The notes: a model not told the origin generated them from the sequence alone. Counted from the first letter of the stretch, positions 40,597 to 51,575 are shown. The stretch: 64,000 bases of DNA from an uncultured delta proteobacterium (GCA_963745835.1 CAVUZH010000002.1:23062-87061); one strand, 5' to 3'. Made by a program: numbers and translations.

Positions 40597-41550
40597 ATGC
40601 CTGTCATTCCGCTGAAAGCTGTGGATCGGGTCGAGGTGCTAAGCGTCATGGATAATTCCATAGACGTGCTCATGGGAAGCACGCCGGTGGCGCGCCGGCT
40701 CAAGCGTTCGCGTGACTCGCACAGCCGGCCGCAACTTCGCGCCGAGCACGGCGTCTCGATGCTGGTGTCGACCTATGCTGATGGCAACAGAGATAGCTTT
40801 CTTTTCGATACCGGCGTGACGCTCGACGGCGTGTTGCACAACATGGATGTCCTGGAAATCAAAGGCAACGAGCTGCATGCCGTGGTCTTGAGTCACGGCC
40901 ACACCGACCACACCCGCGGTCTGATGGGCTTTATTAAACGCTATAGTCGACCTAGCATCCCCATCGTCCTTCATCCCGATGCCTATTTAAAACGAAAGAA
41001 CGTTTTTCCCGACGGTCACGAGTCGGAACATATCCCGCCGAGCAAACGCGATCTGGAGGCCGAAGATGTTCAGATCGTCGAAGACCGCCGACCGTCAATG
41101 CTGATCGGCGGTCGCGCGCTCGTCACAGGCCAGATTCCTCGCACGACAGACTACGAAAAAGGCAGCCCGAACCAGGTGGCCTGGATCGATGGAAAATGGC
41201 AACCCGATCCCTGGGTCCATGATGATCAAGCGATTGTCCTGAATGTGAAAGAGAAGGGGCTGGTGGTCCTAACCGGCTGCGGCCACGCCGGCGTTATCAA
41301 CACGCTGAGATGCGCCCGCGAATTGACCGGTGTGGATCAGGTGCATGCCGTAATCGGCGGATTTCATCTGACCGGCCCGGTTTTCGAGCCGATCATTGCG
41401 CCGACGATTGAAGCGCTAAAAGATTTCGCTCCCGGCATCATCGTCCCGCAGCACTGCACCGGCTGGCGCGCAACCCATATGATCGCGCGAGATTTTCCCG
41501 ATGCTTTCGTGCCGAATAGTGTGGGTACGACCCTGGTGATCGGTGCCTAA
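40597..41550 (+). CDS. MBL-fold metallohydrolase (DHPS-like MBL group)
   Basis: AEHG, FDTG, SHGHTDH, DDQ, TGCGHAG, GGFHL and HCTG. Confidence 0.88.
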   Translation: MPVIPLKAVDRVEVLSVMDNSIDVLMGSTPVARRLKRSRDSHSRPQLRAEHGVSMLVSTYADGNRDSFLFDTGVTLDGVLHNMDVLEIKGNELHAVVLSHGHTDHTRGLMGFIKRYSRPSIPIVLHPDAYLKRKNVFPDGHESEHIPPSKRDLEAEDVQIVEDRRPSMLIGGRALVTGQIPRTTDYEKGSPNQVAWIDGKWQPDPWVHDDQAIVLNVKEKGLVVLTGCGHAGVINTLRCARELTGVDQVHAVIGGFHLTGPVFEPIIAPTIEALKDFAPGIIVPQHCTGWRATHMIARDFPDAFVPNSVGTTLVIGA

Positions 41551-42293
41551 GGCACTGCGCGCATGAGGTCAAGATTTTACATTCAGTCAGATCTTCTGCC
41601 CTCAAGCAGATCAGAGTTCGCGCGATATCCGTCCATCGATTCGTAGCTCTCCATTTACGACGCAAATTGTGAATACGGCACACAGGTCGCTAAGCCGCAG
41701 AGACATTGCTGCGATTTGGAGTTTGTGACAATGTCTCGAGAGTGTCGCTGGATCCAATTGGTTGCCGCATTAGCTGTTGCCGGATTGTATCCGAAGATTC
41801 TGCATCGAGCCGGCTCATACTCGAGATTACGTCTATGGTGCGAAGTTCTTGCAGCGAGTCCAGCCCGTGATCAGACGAATCAGAGCCGCATAGGCAAAGA
41901 CGATCTCTGTACCCAATGCTACGGCTCGTCGGACCTATAAGGAAAACTAATGCCAGCCATTTGAAAAAAATATTGGCTCGTTTCGTGAGTTTTATATAGA
42001 AGTTTTATTGTCATTGGCGGCAGATTCGCGGTTGAGATCATTGGCTTCTTCCTTTGCTTATTCAGAACAAACAAACGCCAGGAATAAACCACTGCTGGTA
42101 AGCCGCTGTCAACTCTCATCACCCGTCGGTCCTCAGCAGTTTTTAGCGGCGAGGTAAGCTCGGGCCAAAACATCCAATAGCGTAGGAGGTGAAGATGGAA
42201 AGATCGCGGGCTCGCAAGTTTTCGCCACAGCAAGTTTTATATTGGTTCGGTAGATGCTGTCTACCCTCAACCGCTCGCTTTGAAGGAGCAGTT

Positions 42294-43628
42294 ATGCAGA
42301 AATGTGTCAAAGGAATGTTTTGGTTGTGCGCTTCGTTAATTGCTCTGGGAAGTTCCTCAGCACTAGCGCAGCCCACGCCGATGATGAAGCAGTTCTCGCA
42401 GTTTCCAGGTGGAGGTCAAGGTCTTTACTGGGTGCCAAGCAGCGGTCCCGTTTCTCACATTGCATTTCTAGCTATTCACCGAACAAGCGACTACCTTGCG
42501 CACGTTTCCACGCAAGAATTACCGCGCCGCGGCTTCAGTGTTCTGGGTATGAACTCACGGTTTAAAAACAACGAGGCAGACGTTGAGTGGGAACTTATCG
42601 CGTTAGATGTTCGTGCTGGAGTTCGGTTTCTGCGACAGCAAACGGGAATCACAAAGGTGATACTCATCGGGCATAGCGGCGGCGGCCCGACCACCTCATA
42701 TTATCAAGCGGTTGCTGAAAACGGCCCAGCTTATTGTCAGGGTGCGAAGAAACTCAGCCCTTGTTCTGATCAGCAGTTAGCTGGTTTCACGGCGGCTGAT
42801 CGAGCTGACGGCATAGTATTTTTAGACGCGCATCCCAGCAACACAATCACTACGTTACGAGCGCTGAATGGCGCTGTTCAGAACGAGAAACATCCCAAAA
42901 ATGTCAGAGAAAACTTGGACCCGTTCAGTGTGAGCAACGGATTTAATCCTAATGGGGATTCAGTGTACTCCAGCAACTTTGTGGAGCGGTACTCCCGGGC
43001 ACAGTCAAGGCGGATGAATGATCTGATCAAGGAGGCGCTAGAGATAAAGAAAGATATTGAGGCTGACAAACACTTCCCAGCAGATGATGACGCTTTTGTC
43101 TTCTACCGCGGCAGCGCGCGGCTGTCAGATTTCAGTACCGGCGTCCATGGGAGTACTTTCAAACCTGCGGACTTGCTAAAGAACGACGGTACGATTGAAT
43201 CGGGTAAAATCGTCAACACGGTACGTGCCCCTGATCCCGGCCAGCGCGAGGAAGACGAGAGCTTTGCCGGAGTTAGGTTTTTGACGATAACTTCGTTTTT
43301 GAGCGCTAATGCAATTCTCAGCACCCACTCTTTGAATGAAAATGAAATCGACTGGTGCAGTAGCAACAACTCCGTTCCATGCGCCGTCCGGAGCATTTCG
43401 GTGCCTATCCTGGTCGTTGCAATGCAGGGTCACTACTTCATTCGCGATGGCGAGTACATTTATGAAACGTCAGCGACTGCTGACAAAGAATTCATCGTAC
43501 TCGAGGGAGCGAATCACGGGCTGGGACCCTGCCCTCCTTGTTCCGCACTACACAACAATGCCGACTACAGTAATGCCCGGATCAATCTATTCAATCACAT
43601 AAGAGATTGGGTAGGCGAGCGCTTCTAA
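42294..43628 (+). CDS. Secreted alpha/beta-fold hydrolase
   Basis: Signal peptide, nucleophile elbow GHSGGG and C-terminal LEGANH. Confidence 0.78.
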   Translation: MQKCVKGMFWLCASLIALGSSSALAQPTPMMKQFSQFPGGGQGLYWVPSSGPVSHIAFLAIHRTSDYLAHVSTQELPRRGFSVLGMNSRFKNNEADVEWELIALDVRAGVRFLRQQTGITKVILIGHSGGGPTTSYYQAVAENGPAYCQGAKKLSPCSDQQLAGFTAADRADGIVFLDAHPSNTITTLRALNGAVQNEKHPKNVRENLDPFSVSNGFNPNGDSVYSSNFVERYSRAQSRRMNDLIKEALEIKKDIEADKHFPADDDAFVFYRGSARLSDFSTGVHGSTFKPADLLKNDGTIESGKIVNTVRAPDPGQREEDESFAGVRFLTITSFLSANAILSTHSLNENEIDWCSSNNSVPCAVRSISVPILVVAMQGHYFIRDGEYIYETSATADKEFIVLEGANHGLGPCPPCSALHNNADYSNARINLFNHIRDWVGERF

Positions 43629-43653
43629 AAAGACTCGGTCTGTCTAAGACGGT

Positions 43654-43683
43654 GAGGGCCGGCGTTCAAAAGCGCCGGCCCTC
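43654..43683 (+). terminator. Hairpin terminator
   Basis: GAGGGCCGGCG / CGCCGGCCCTC, a perfect 11-bp stem 25 nt after the stop. Confidence 0.65.
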
Positions 43684-44479
43684 GTACGTGACGGATGAGT
43701 TGGAGCCTTGGGTAACCGGAGCAGGCCCCCCACCAACCTAGGTTGAATCTGGCGTCCCCTGTTACTGACCGTCCGCCGCCCATGATTTCCAACTTTCAAA
43801 CCTCTTATAATTGAGGCGCCCTCTAGCGCTTCGTTTCAGCCAGATCTTCGCCGGAGAACACATGCGCCTGCACTGGAAGGTTGAGCTTGAGTTCGAAAGC
43901 TTCCAACCGGGCGGCTGTAGGCTCAAAACGCGCTTGCTTGGACATTACTCCGCGGTCTTCGTTCTAAGACAGTCCAATCTGCAACCTTCTGCCGCAGTTC
44001 CCTTATCTCTCCATCCTTCTCTTTCAGCTCTGCGGTCCGGTTCTCCAGCGCCTAGATGGTGATCACCATGTAGGTTTACCTGCTCGCTTGTTTCCATCGG
44101 TTATTCTCTTAGACCCGTGCTCGATCGCATTGGCTGTGTATCGATTGATATTATGGGGATCGGGACCGCGGCTGGATTGTCCAGTTGTGGCGTTCGCTCT
44201 GGTGTATGGGCTTTTCAACCAATCGCCGGGCTATTTTGCCGAGTCGAGCAGATACTCACGTATTCAGGCGGGAACGGGTTTCATTTGGCGAAAGAGCAGA
44301 TAAAGTTATTGATGAAGCTAGATTGAAACCTCTACTACGGTGAGTCGAAGCGCTGGGAGAGGCGTTTGAAGGTAGTGTTCACGAAACGAGGATGCATTGG
44401 CCATTCCTCTCTGCTGGATAAAGAATCCTGCGCGCGATTCCGAACGCGTGATCGCGCTGGATGAAAGGAAAACTTCACG

Positions 44480-46162
44480 ATGAGCAACTCCCCGCAACGT
44501 CCTCCTATCGATGACCTCTGGTACAAGAATGCCATCATCTACTGTCTCGATGTCGAAAAATACGTCGACTCCAACGGCGACGGTATTGGAGATTTCGGCG
44601 GTCTGACCCGGCGGCTGGACTACCTCGCCGGCATCGGCATCACCTGCGTCTGGCTCCAGCCGTTTTATCCGTCGCCGAATCGCGATAACGGCTACGACGT
44701 TGCGGATTTTTACGGAGTGCACCCAAAGCACGGCACGCTTGGCGAGTTCGTCGAGTTTATGAATCACGCGCAGCAGATCGGCCTAAGGGTGATCGTCGAT
44801 CTGGTGATTAATCACACGTCGAACCGTCATCCCTGGTTTCAATCCGCGCGCAAGGATCCAGCTTCGCCTTACCGGGAATGGTTTGTCTGGTCGAAGACGC
44901 GGCCCGCTGAGTGGAATAAGGGGATGGTGTTTCCGGGCGTGCAGAAAGCGACGTGGACCCGTGATCCGGTCGCAGACGAGTACTACTTCCACCGGTTCTA
45001 CGAATTTCAACCAGATCTGAACACGTTAAATCCCGCCGTACAACGCGAAATGATGCGCGTCATGGGTTTTTGGCTGCAGCTTGGCGTCTCCGGCTTCCGG
45101 GTGGACGCCGTTCCATTCCTGATCGAGCAGAAAGGCGCGGGGGTTACGCCGCGGAAGGATTATGAGATGCTCCATCTGCTGAGAGATTTTCTGCAGTGGC
45201 GCCGGCGCGACGCGATTTTCCTTGCGGAAGCGAACGTGCCGCCCGATGAGAGCATGGACTACTTCGGCGAGAACGGCGAGCGGATTCAGATGATGCTGAA
45301 CTTCGCCGTCAATCAGCGAGTGTTTTACGCGTTGGCGACAGAGGACATCAAGCCGCTCGTACGAGCGCTGGAAGCTACCTACAAGCGGCCCCCGGCGGCG
45401 CAATGGGTGAACTTCCTTCGCAGCCATGATGAGCTCGATCTCGGCCGGTTAACCGACACGCAACGCGAGCGAGTGTTCCAGGCCTTCGCGCCGGCAAAAG
45501 AGATGCAGCTTTACAATCGCGGCATCCGGCGCCGCCTTGCCCCGATGCTCGACAACGATCGCCGCAAGCTCGAACTGGCATTTAGTCTGCTGTTTACCCT
45601 GCCGGGCACGCCGATGCTGCAGTTCGGCGACGAGATTGGGCTTGGCGATGATCTGTCACTTCCCGAACGTGAGTGCGCTCGGACGCCGATGCAGTGGTCC
45701 AGCGACCCGCACGGCGGGTTTACGACTGGGAAGCGGCCGGTGTTGCCGGTGATCTCGGACCCGATCTACGGCTATCAACGAGTCAGCGTCGAAGGGCAGC
45801 GTCGCGATCCACAATCGCTGCTCAACTGGATGGAACGCAAGATTCGGATGCGGCGCGAGTGTCCGGAGATCAGCTGGGGTGATTGGAAAATTCTCAAGAC
45901 CGACCAGCCCGGTGTGCTCGTCATGCGTTACGAGTGGGACGACCACACGCTGGTCACCTTGCACAACTTCACGGCTAAGCCATGCGCCGTCGTGCTCGAC
46001 CGCGCAGCCGTTGGCGGTGATACTGGCACCGGCGAGCTCGTCGATCTGCTTGCGACCAACGACAGCCGCGCCGACGAGAACGGCCGTTACGTCGTCGAGC
46101 TGCAGCCGTACGACTATAGATGGCTCCGCGCCGGAGGTATAGATCGCAATGTGCCGAGATGA
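44480..46162 (+). CDS. GH13 alpha-amylase family protein, trehalose synthase (TreS)-like
   Basis: DSNGDGIGD, DLVINHTS, FRVDAVP, LAEAN, RSHDELDL, GIRRRLAP and RTPMQW. Confidence 0.9.
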   Translation: MSNSPQRPPIDDLWYKNAIIYCLDVEKYVDSNGDGIGDFGGLTRRLDYLAGIGITCVWLQPFYPSPNRDNGYDVADFYGVHPKHGTLGEFVEFMNHAQQIGLRVIVDLVINHTSNRHPWFQSARKDPASPYREWFVWSKTRPAEWNKGMVFPGVQKATWTRDPVADEYYFHRFYEFQPDLNTLNPAVQREMMRVMGFWLQLGVSGFRVDAVPFLIEQKGAGVTPRKDYEMLHLLRDFLQWRRRDAIFLAEANVPPDESMDYFGENGERIQMMLNFAVNQRVFYALATEDIKPLVRALEATYKRPPAAQWVNFLRSHDELDLGRLTDTQRERVFQAFAPAKEMQLYNRGIRRRLAPMLDNDRRKLELAFSLLFTLPGTPMLQFGDEIGLGDDLSLPERECARTPMQWSSDPHGGFTTGKRPVLPVISDPIYGYQRVSVEGQRRDPQSLLNWMERKIRMRRECPEISWGDWKILKTDQPGVLVMRYEWDDHTLVTLHNFTAKPCAVVLDRAAVGGDTGTGELVDLLATNDSRADENGRYVVELQPYDYRWLRAGGIDRNVPR

Positions 46163-46276
46163 GGGTTCAGCTACTGAGCCCGCAACCCGCTCTGTACCTG
46201 GTTTACGAGAAAAAAATATGCGACTGTTGTTTCCGCTCTTGCCAACTATATCGCCGCAACTTAACTTTGTTGCGTT

Positions 46277-46525
46277 ATGGCGAAAGTACGGATCGTGTTG
46301 ATTCCCGAACATCGAGAGTCCCTGCTGTCGTCTCTATCGCCCCAATCGAGACTTCGTACGCTCCTCGATCGCGCCACTCAGGTCCGCTCGTCGAGCCTTC
46401 TGTTCGAAGATAACTATGAAGTGGTCTGTGATAAACGAGACGCCCTTATTTTGCTCGAGAACGCTAAAAAGAGCTGCCCAGGCGCGGTCGAAATAATTGA
46501 AGCCGCGGTAAAGCAGCGTCGATGA
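46277..46525 (+). CDS. Small hypothetical protein
   Basis: 82 aa with a protein-like composition. No family recognised. Confidence 0.5.
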   Translation: MAKVRIVLIPEHRESLLSSLSPQSRLRTLLDRATQVRSSSLLFEDNYEVVCDKRDALILLENAKKSCPGAVEIIEAAVKQRR

Positions 46526-46711
46526 CAAGGCGCTGCTGAACGAACTCTGTTCCACAAGCGATAGTATTGCTAATTATTGTTGACTCGAAATGCTGGCGCA
46601 CGATATACAGAGCGTGCTGTGAATTGATAGATTGTTTCAGTTATTTTCTCGACTCCCGCAGGTATCCCGGTCACCTCAGCGACTTCTTGCGGCGCATTAG
46701 ATCCCTGCTCG

Positions 46712-47707
46712 ATGCGACCGGCCGTGAGGAACAGAATGGGCGAATCACCCGTGTCCCTGGACGATGTTATCGTAACCTCGCAGCTTTCCCTTCGTCCCTC
46801 GCGATCACCGGATTACAGAGCTGAAATACAGACTTTAAAAATACTGGTTAATACTATGTCTGAGAATCCGCATGCCTTTTGGCGCAGGCTTGCGGAAGCT
46901 GCTTTACAGCTCTGCCGGGCCGGCACCGCTGGGGTGAGCCTGTTGGACGTCAAAGATGGAGCAGAGGTATTCAGAGCGGAAGCAATTGTGGGTGTTCTCA
47001 GCAATCGCCTTGACAGCACAATCGCGCGCGCCAGCCCGTGTGGCGCAGCCATAGATCGTGACGCGCCGCAGCTGATGTATCTACCTGAACGATTTTTTCA
47101 AAATCTGAGATTTGATCCGCCAATCCTTGAAGCGCTGATCATTCCATTTCGGGTTCAAAGTAGGCCGTCTGGCACTGTTTGGCTCATCGCTCACGAGGAT
47201 GCCTGCAAATTTGATCGCGAAGACGAACGGATTGGAAGCACTCTCGCGTCCTTCGCTGCGGCCGGTTTGCACCTAAGAAGAGCGCGAGCCGACGCCGAAC
47301 CCGCCATCGAGGATCACCAAAGCAGCAAAGTCCATGGAAGCGGGGCAGGAGCAGAAGAGATCATCGAGCCAAGTCATGTGCGAGAAGAGCTGCAGCAGCT
47401 CACCCAAAGCCTTGAAGCCCGCGCCTCGGAGAAGACAGCGGAATTGATCGCTGGTAAGGGTCGGGATGAGATGCCTCGAGACCCGCCGGAAGAGCCGCAG
47501 CAGTCATGGTTGGATGAAAATGCGATCGCTCAAAGCGAAATGGGTGATTTCAACCGCCTGCTAACAATCATTCAGGGATACACCACGATCATGAAGGCTG
47601 ATTTAGATGATCCAATAAAACTCAAAGAGGATATAGAAGCAATGAGCGAAGCGGCATCGTTGGTTCAAGCGTTGATCAATTCTCACTGGGCGCAGCGTTT
47701 GGGCTAG
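46712..47707 (+). CDS. GAF-domain protein ending in a degenerate HisKA helix, with no kinase domain
   Basis: LCRAGTAGVSL, SPCG, EALIIPF, GTVW..H..FDRED; C-terminal MGDFNRLLTIIQGY. Confidence 0.7.
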   Translation: MRPAVRNRMGESPVSLDDVIVTSQLSLRPSRSPDYRAEIQTLKILVNTMSENPHAFWRRLAEAALQLCRAGTAGVSLLDVKDGAEVFRAEAIVGVLSNRLDSTIARASPCGAAIDRDAPQLMYLPERFFQNLRFDPPILEALIIPFRVQSRPSGTVWLIAHEDACKFDREDERIGSTLASFAAAGLHLRRARADAEPAIEDHQSSKVHGSGAGAEEIIEPSHVREELQQLTQSLEARASEKTAELIAGKGRDEMPRDPPEEPQQSWLDENAIAQSEMGDFNRLLTIIQGYTTIMKADLDDPIKLKEDIEAMSEAASLVQALINSHWAQRLG

Positions 47708-48049
47708 CATTCAATGAACGCGAGCAGTGCTCCTTGATTGTATTGATGGCACGGATCCACATCGGTTGTCGGCTATAGGACTCTTTCCTGAAAGAGAGCA
47801 GCACGCGGTCACCAGACTTCTTAATTGATGCAGCGCTACAACCGCCGTCATCGTGCCGTGGGCCATTCAAGATAACGGCCGCTAGAAGGCAACTGCTCGG
47901 AGTGACGCATATTTGTTCGCTCTGGTTGTGATATTCATTTATGTCCGGTCCCGTATGAACATTGAAAATCATCGGAAACATCTCTGGAGCAGTGATCTGG
48001 CAATATCGGAGAAATCAGAACCAAGGCGTTCGAATGGAGGGAGTTCGAT

Positions 48050-49096
48050 TTGAAGATTCTAACGGCCGGTTTATTTTTCGTTTTCCTGATAAATTCACCG
48101 GGCGCGGCTCAATCCGTTAGGCCGTCTTCTCCGGCCGAGCTTGCTGCTTTTAGCGGATCGGATCGTGAGCGTTTGCTGTTCGACGGCGCTAAGCGCGAAG
48201 GCAAACTGGTCTGGTACACGACTCTAGCCGCGGTCCAAAACAAGCAAATCGCCGCTACCTTCGAAGTCAAATATCCCGGTGTAAAAGTTGAAATCTACCG
48301 TGCTGGATCTTCCGCGCTGGCCCAAAGGTTATTGAACGAAGCTCAGGCCCGACGCCATATCGCCGATGCCATAGAAACGACACTGCCGGGACTGTTGACT
48401 TTCCGCGACAATCAGCTGTTACTCCCTTACACTTCACCATACCTGACGGCTTTTCCCGACGAATCAAAAGAAAAAGGGCCGGCGAATCTGGTTTATTGGA
48501 TCATTGATCGGGAATCGTATATCGGATTTGCCTATAACAAAAACCTTCTAAGCGCAGGCGAGGTGCCCCAGAATTTCGCCGGTCTGCTGAAACCTGAGCT
48601 CCGTGATAAACTCGGTTTAGCGGCCGATGACACGGGCGCCCGCAGCATCGGCGCAATGATCAAAATCAAAGGCGAGGAGTTTGTCAGGAAACTGAAGGAA
48701 CAAAACATCAAAGCTTATCCCATGGCCGGCAGCGCTCTGACCCAGCTGGTGGCTTCAGGTGAGGTGCCTGCATCGCCCAGCCAATTTTATAGCGCGACGC
48801 ATGTGGCCGCCAAGAAGGGCGCCCCAGTCGCCTGGGTCCCCATGGATATAAACGTCGTCGGCGCTGGAGGAGCGGCCGTATATGCGAACGCTCAACGGCC
48901 GCATGCGGCGCTTCTTTTCGCGGATTTTCTCCTGAGTCCCGAAGGGCAGAAGCTGCTCGAAGACTTGGACTTCGGCAGCGCCCAAAAGGATTATGGATTT
49001 AAACGCTGGTACCCGGAAAAGGAGGGAACGCTTGCTCAGTATGAGCAAGCGTTAGACCGGTGGCACAAACTGGTCAGGGAAATCACGTTTAAGTAG
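48050..49096 (+). CDS. ABC-type extracellular solute-binding protein
   Basis: TTG start after GGAGG, AKREGKLVWYT, YNKN and AQRPHAALLFADFLLS. Confidence 0.88.
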   Translation: MKILTAGLFFVFLINSPGAAQSVRPSSPAELAAFSGSDRERLLFDGAKREGKLVWYTTLAAVQNKQIAATFEVKYPGVKVEIYRAGSSALAQRLLNEAQARRHIADAIETTLPGLLTFRDNQLLLPYTSPYLTAFPDESKEKGPANLVYWIIDRESYIGFAYNKNLLSAGEVPQNFAGLLKPELRDKLGLAADDTGARSIGAMIKIKGEEFVRKLKEQNIKAYPMAGSALTQLVASGEVPASPSQFYSATHVAAKKGAPVAWVPMDINVVGAGGAAVYANAQRPHAALLFADFLLSPEGQKLLEDLDFGSAQKDYGFKRWYPEKEGTLAQYEQALDRWHKLVREITFK

Positions 49097-49250
49097 CGTA
49101 ACCTGGCAACTGCGTTGCTTGACGATCAACGAAGTGTTTTCAGTGTAAGAGCGTGAATAAGTCGCGAGCTTGCGCAATCCGCCATAGATCACGTAAGACG
49201 CTGGCTTGTGAGACGTTGCGCGCCGACGTCACCGGTCTGCGAGACCTTCC

Positions 49251-50249
49251 TTACCTGACTGCTTCGCCGGCCAGGGAGAAATCGAAGATTTTCTCCGTGG
49301 CTATCGGTTCTTTTATCCGCAAAGCTTCCCTGCCAATATCGACGATCTCTTTGGCGGCATCCGTACTAAGCGTGCCGTTGGGTAGGATAAATGGCGCATC
49401 ATCATCGTACATTCTCTTCGCCATTGATGCGTCTTTGACGCCGAGCCGTTTTTGAATGTAGGGAATCATGAGCTCCGGGTTTTCCTGGTAAAATTTTAGC
49501 GCCCTATTCCACGCGCTCAGAAAGCGCGTCAACCGTTCGCGCTTCTGTTTTATGTGTGAGTCGGTGGCGACCACGCCGGTTTGCAGGTAACGCATGTAGT
49601 CGCGGCCGCGGCCGAACACCTTGAACCCTTGGTCCAAAGCGAGATAAGTCGACGGCGGCGTCATCATGGCGCCCGCGACTTTACCGGTCAGTAGCGATTG
49701 CAGCCGCGCCGGCGTATCCATGCTCAACAGCGTGACATCTTTTTGTGGATCAAGACCTTTGGCCTGCAGGATGCGTCGAGTCATGATAGCGGCAGTACCC
49801 TCTAACGAACCGACGGCAATCGACTTTCCTTTGAGCTCTGTCGGTGAAGCAAATGAGCCGATGACAAGTTCATGAATCGGCCGATCCCGCGTCACCGAAA
49901 TAATTTTTAACGGCAAACCGCGCAATGCCGCGGAAAAGCCGCTGCCTGCATGACAGGTGACGTCAATCTCGCCGGACATGAGACTGCTGACGCCGACAAT
50001 GCCGCGCACCACCAGGATCTGCAGGTCCAAGCCGTCGCGCGAGAAGAATCCTTTCTCTTGTCCGTAATAAAGTGGAACATAGCTCAAAGTCGGCCCGGGG
50101 ATACTGATATAAAAGTGCTCTGCGGCCGGCGCTTTCATCGCTACAAACGGAAGGAAAAGAAGAATGAAAAAAACCGCTCGCTTCAAAACGCGATGACAAA
50201 GTCGTAGCGCTGAAGAGCTCATGCCGTATGACACGATTGGTGGATACAT
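49251..50249 (-). CDS. SsuA/NMT1-like ABC substrate-binding protein
   Basis: KGFFSRDGL, ELKGKSIAV and GLDPQKDV; RBS GGAGG. Confidence 0.87.
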   Translation of the reverse strand: MYPPIVSYGMSSSALRLCHRVLKRAVFFILLFLPFVAMKAPAAEHFYISIPGPTLSYVPLYYGQEKGFFSRDGLDLQILVVRGIVGVSSLMSGEIDVTCHAGSGFSAALRGLPLKIISVTRDRPIHELVIGSFASPTELKGKSIAVGSLEGTAAIMTRRILQAKGLDPQKDVTLLSMDTPARLQSLLTGKVAGAMMTPPSTYLALDQGFKVFGRGRDYMRYLQTGVVATDSHIKQKRERLTRFLSAWNRALKFYQENPELMIPYIQKRLGVKDASMAKRMYDDDAPFILPNGTLSTDAAKEIVDIGREALRIKEPIATEKIFDFSLAGEAVR

Positions 50250-50850
50250 GTTGCTCTCCTCCCTGTCTGTTAATTTCTAACCCGCCGGACAATAACACGG
50301 ACGCCTGCCCAAGTAGTAGCCGTGCGATTAGGTCCGTAGGCAGATGAAGAAGCGATAATGAGATGATTCGCAGATAGCAAATGCCAGCGAAGGCCGTTCA
50401 ACATCAACTACTGCCGGGAGCTCTAGTAGTCGGCCTAAAGAAGAGCATCAACTCTACTTTCGGCTTCAGAAACATTTCGGTTGCAGCTTGCAGCTTCAGC
50501 GCATCTGAAGCGGCAAAAGTCACAGCGAGAATTCGCTCCATAATCGAGATGGTTCTCTGGTATTCAGATCCGCCCCACGTTGAAGCGCTGCTCCCGCCTG
50601 TATCAGTTCCGAGTATCCCTGTCTGAGTTTCGGGACAAAATCAGCTTCTCCTTCAATTCGGGGCAGCGGCGTCTCATTTTGGAGATTTACCTACATACTC
50701 TGAAATGAAGACCCATTGTTGATTAACAGCCTTATCAACCTGATTTTTTCTATGTGGCATGGAAGCTGCGGTTACTAGTGCCAGTGGCTGACTCGTGCCG
50801 CAATTAACTCGGTATTGTCTGCCGCTAAACATCACAGAGGAGGACATCTC

Positions 50851-51015
50851 ATGGTGAGTTTTAAAAAACTAGCAATACCACTAGTCGCGGGTATGCTATT
50901 GCTTGGCAACCTAGCCGCTTGCGATCGAGAGGGACCGATGGAACGAGCCGGGGAAAAAGTCGATAGGTCGGTCGAGCGAGCGGGTGACAAGGTGGAAAGG
51001 GCGACGGATAAGTAG
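50851..51015 (+). CDS. Small lipoprotein with an ERAG(E/D)KV(D/E)R repeat
   Basis: RBS GAGGAGG, lipobox LAAC, and mature CDREGPMERAGEKVDRSVERAGDKVERATDK. Confidence 0.8.
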   Translation: MVSFKKLAIPLVAGMLLLGNLAACDREGPMERAGEKVDRSVERAGDKVERATDK

Positions 51016-51030
51016 GCTGATGGGAAGTCG

Positions 51031-51065
51031 CCATCTGTGCGGCGCAAATCGCGCCGCACAGATGG
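51031..51065. terminator. Perfect 15-bp hairpin between convergent genes
   Basis: CCATCTGTGCGGCGC-AAATC-GCGCCGCACAGATGG. Confidence 0.7.
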
Positions 51066-51099
51066 GTAAGCCTGCGCCCCACCGCTACAACTAGGTGCT

Positions 51100-51575
51100 G
51101 ATTTCTCTCCTCGGCTCTCTTTCTGCGTTTCAAAGAGCTTTCGATGCCGGTTTCTCAATTGTAAATACTTCTTATCCGCTCTGACCTTCTTCCATTTCTG
51201 ATAAAACATCTTAGCCGATTGTGCTTTCTCGTGGTCCTCTTCGTGAGGCAGTAGCTCTCTAGTGCCCGGGGCGTCCTTACGGCCTGACTTATGATTGGCG
51301 TACCTTCGTGCCCTCGGTAACCCATCTGGAGAAATTTGCGAGCCATGTCCATTCCAACGAAGTCCTCTTCGGCTCGATAGCTAAGAAACATCTGATAGAT
51401 TCTCCTGGCTGAGTTGCGAGCTTCACGAAGCCGTTTTGAATTTCCAGTGAGGCAGTATCTCACCTTTGTAGGGTTCGACCACGAGTACTCCCTGCTCGCC
51501 CTTACCGATGCGGTAGAGTCCAGGTCGCTTTCTGAAGTCAATTGTGGAGAAATCCAGGGCATAATCGAATGTCCC
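51100..51575 (-). pseudogene. DUF4385-family gene broken by two indels (about 51428 and 51316)
   Basis: Across frames: FDYALDFSTIDFRKRPGLYRIGKGEQGVLVVEPYKGEILPHWKFKT / REARNSARRIYQMF..DFVGMDMARKFLQMGY / RARRYANHKSGRK. No clean start codon found; boundaries are approximate. Confidence 0.75.
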
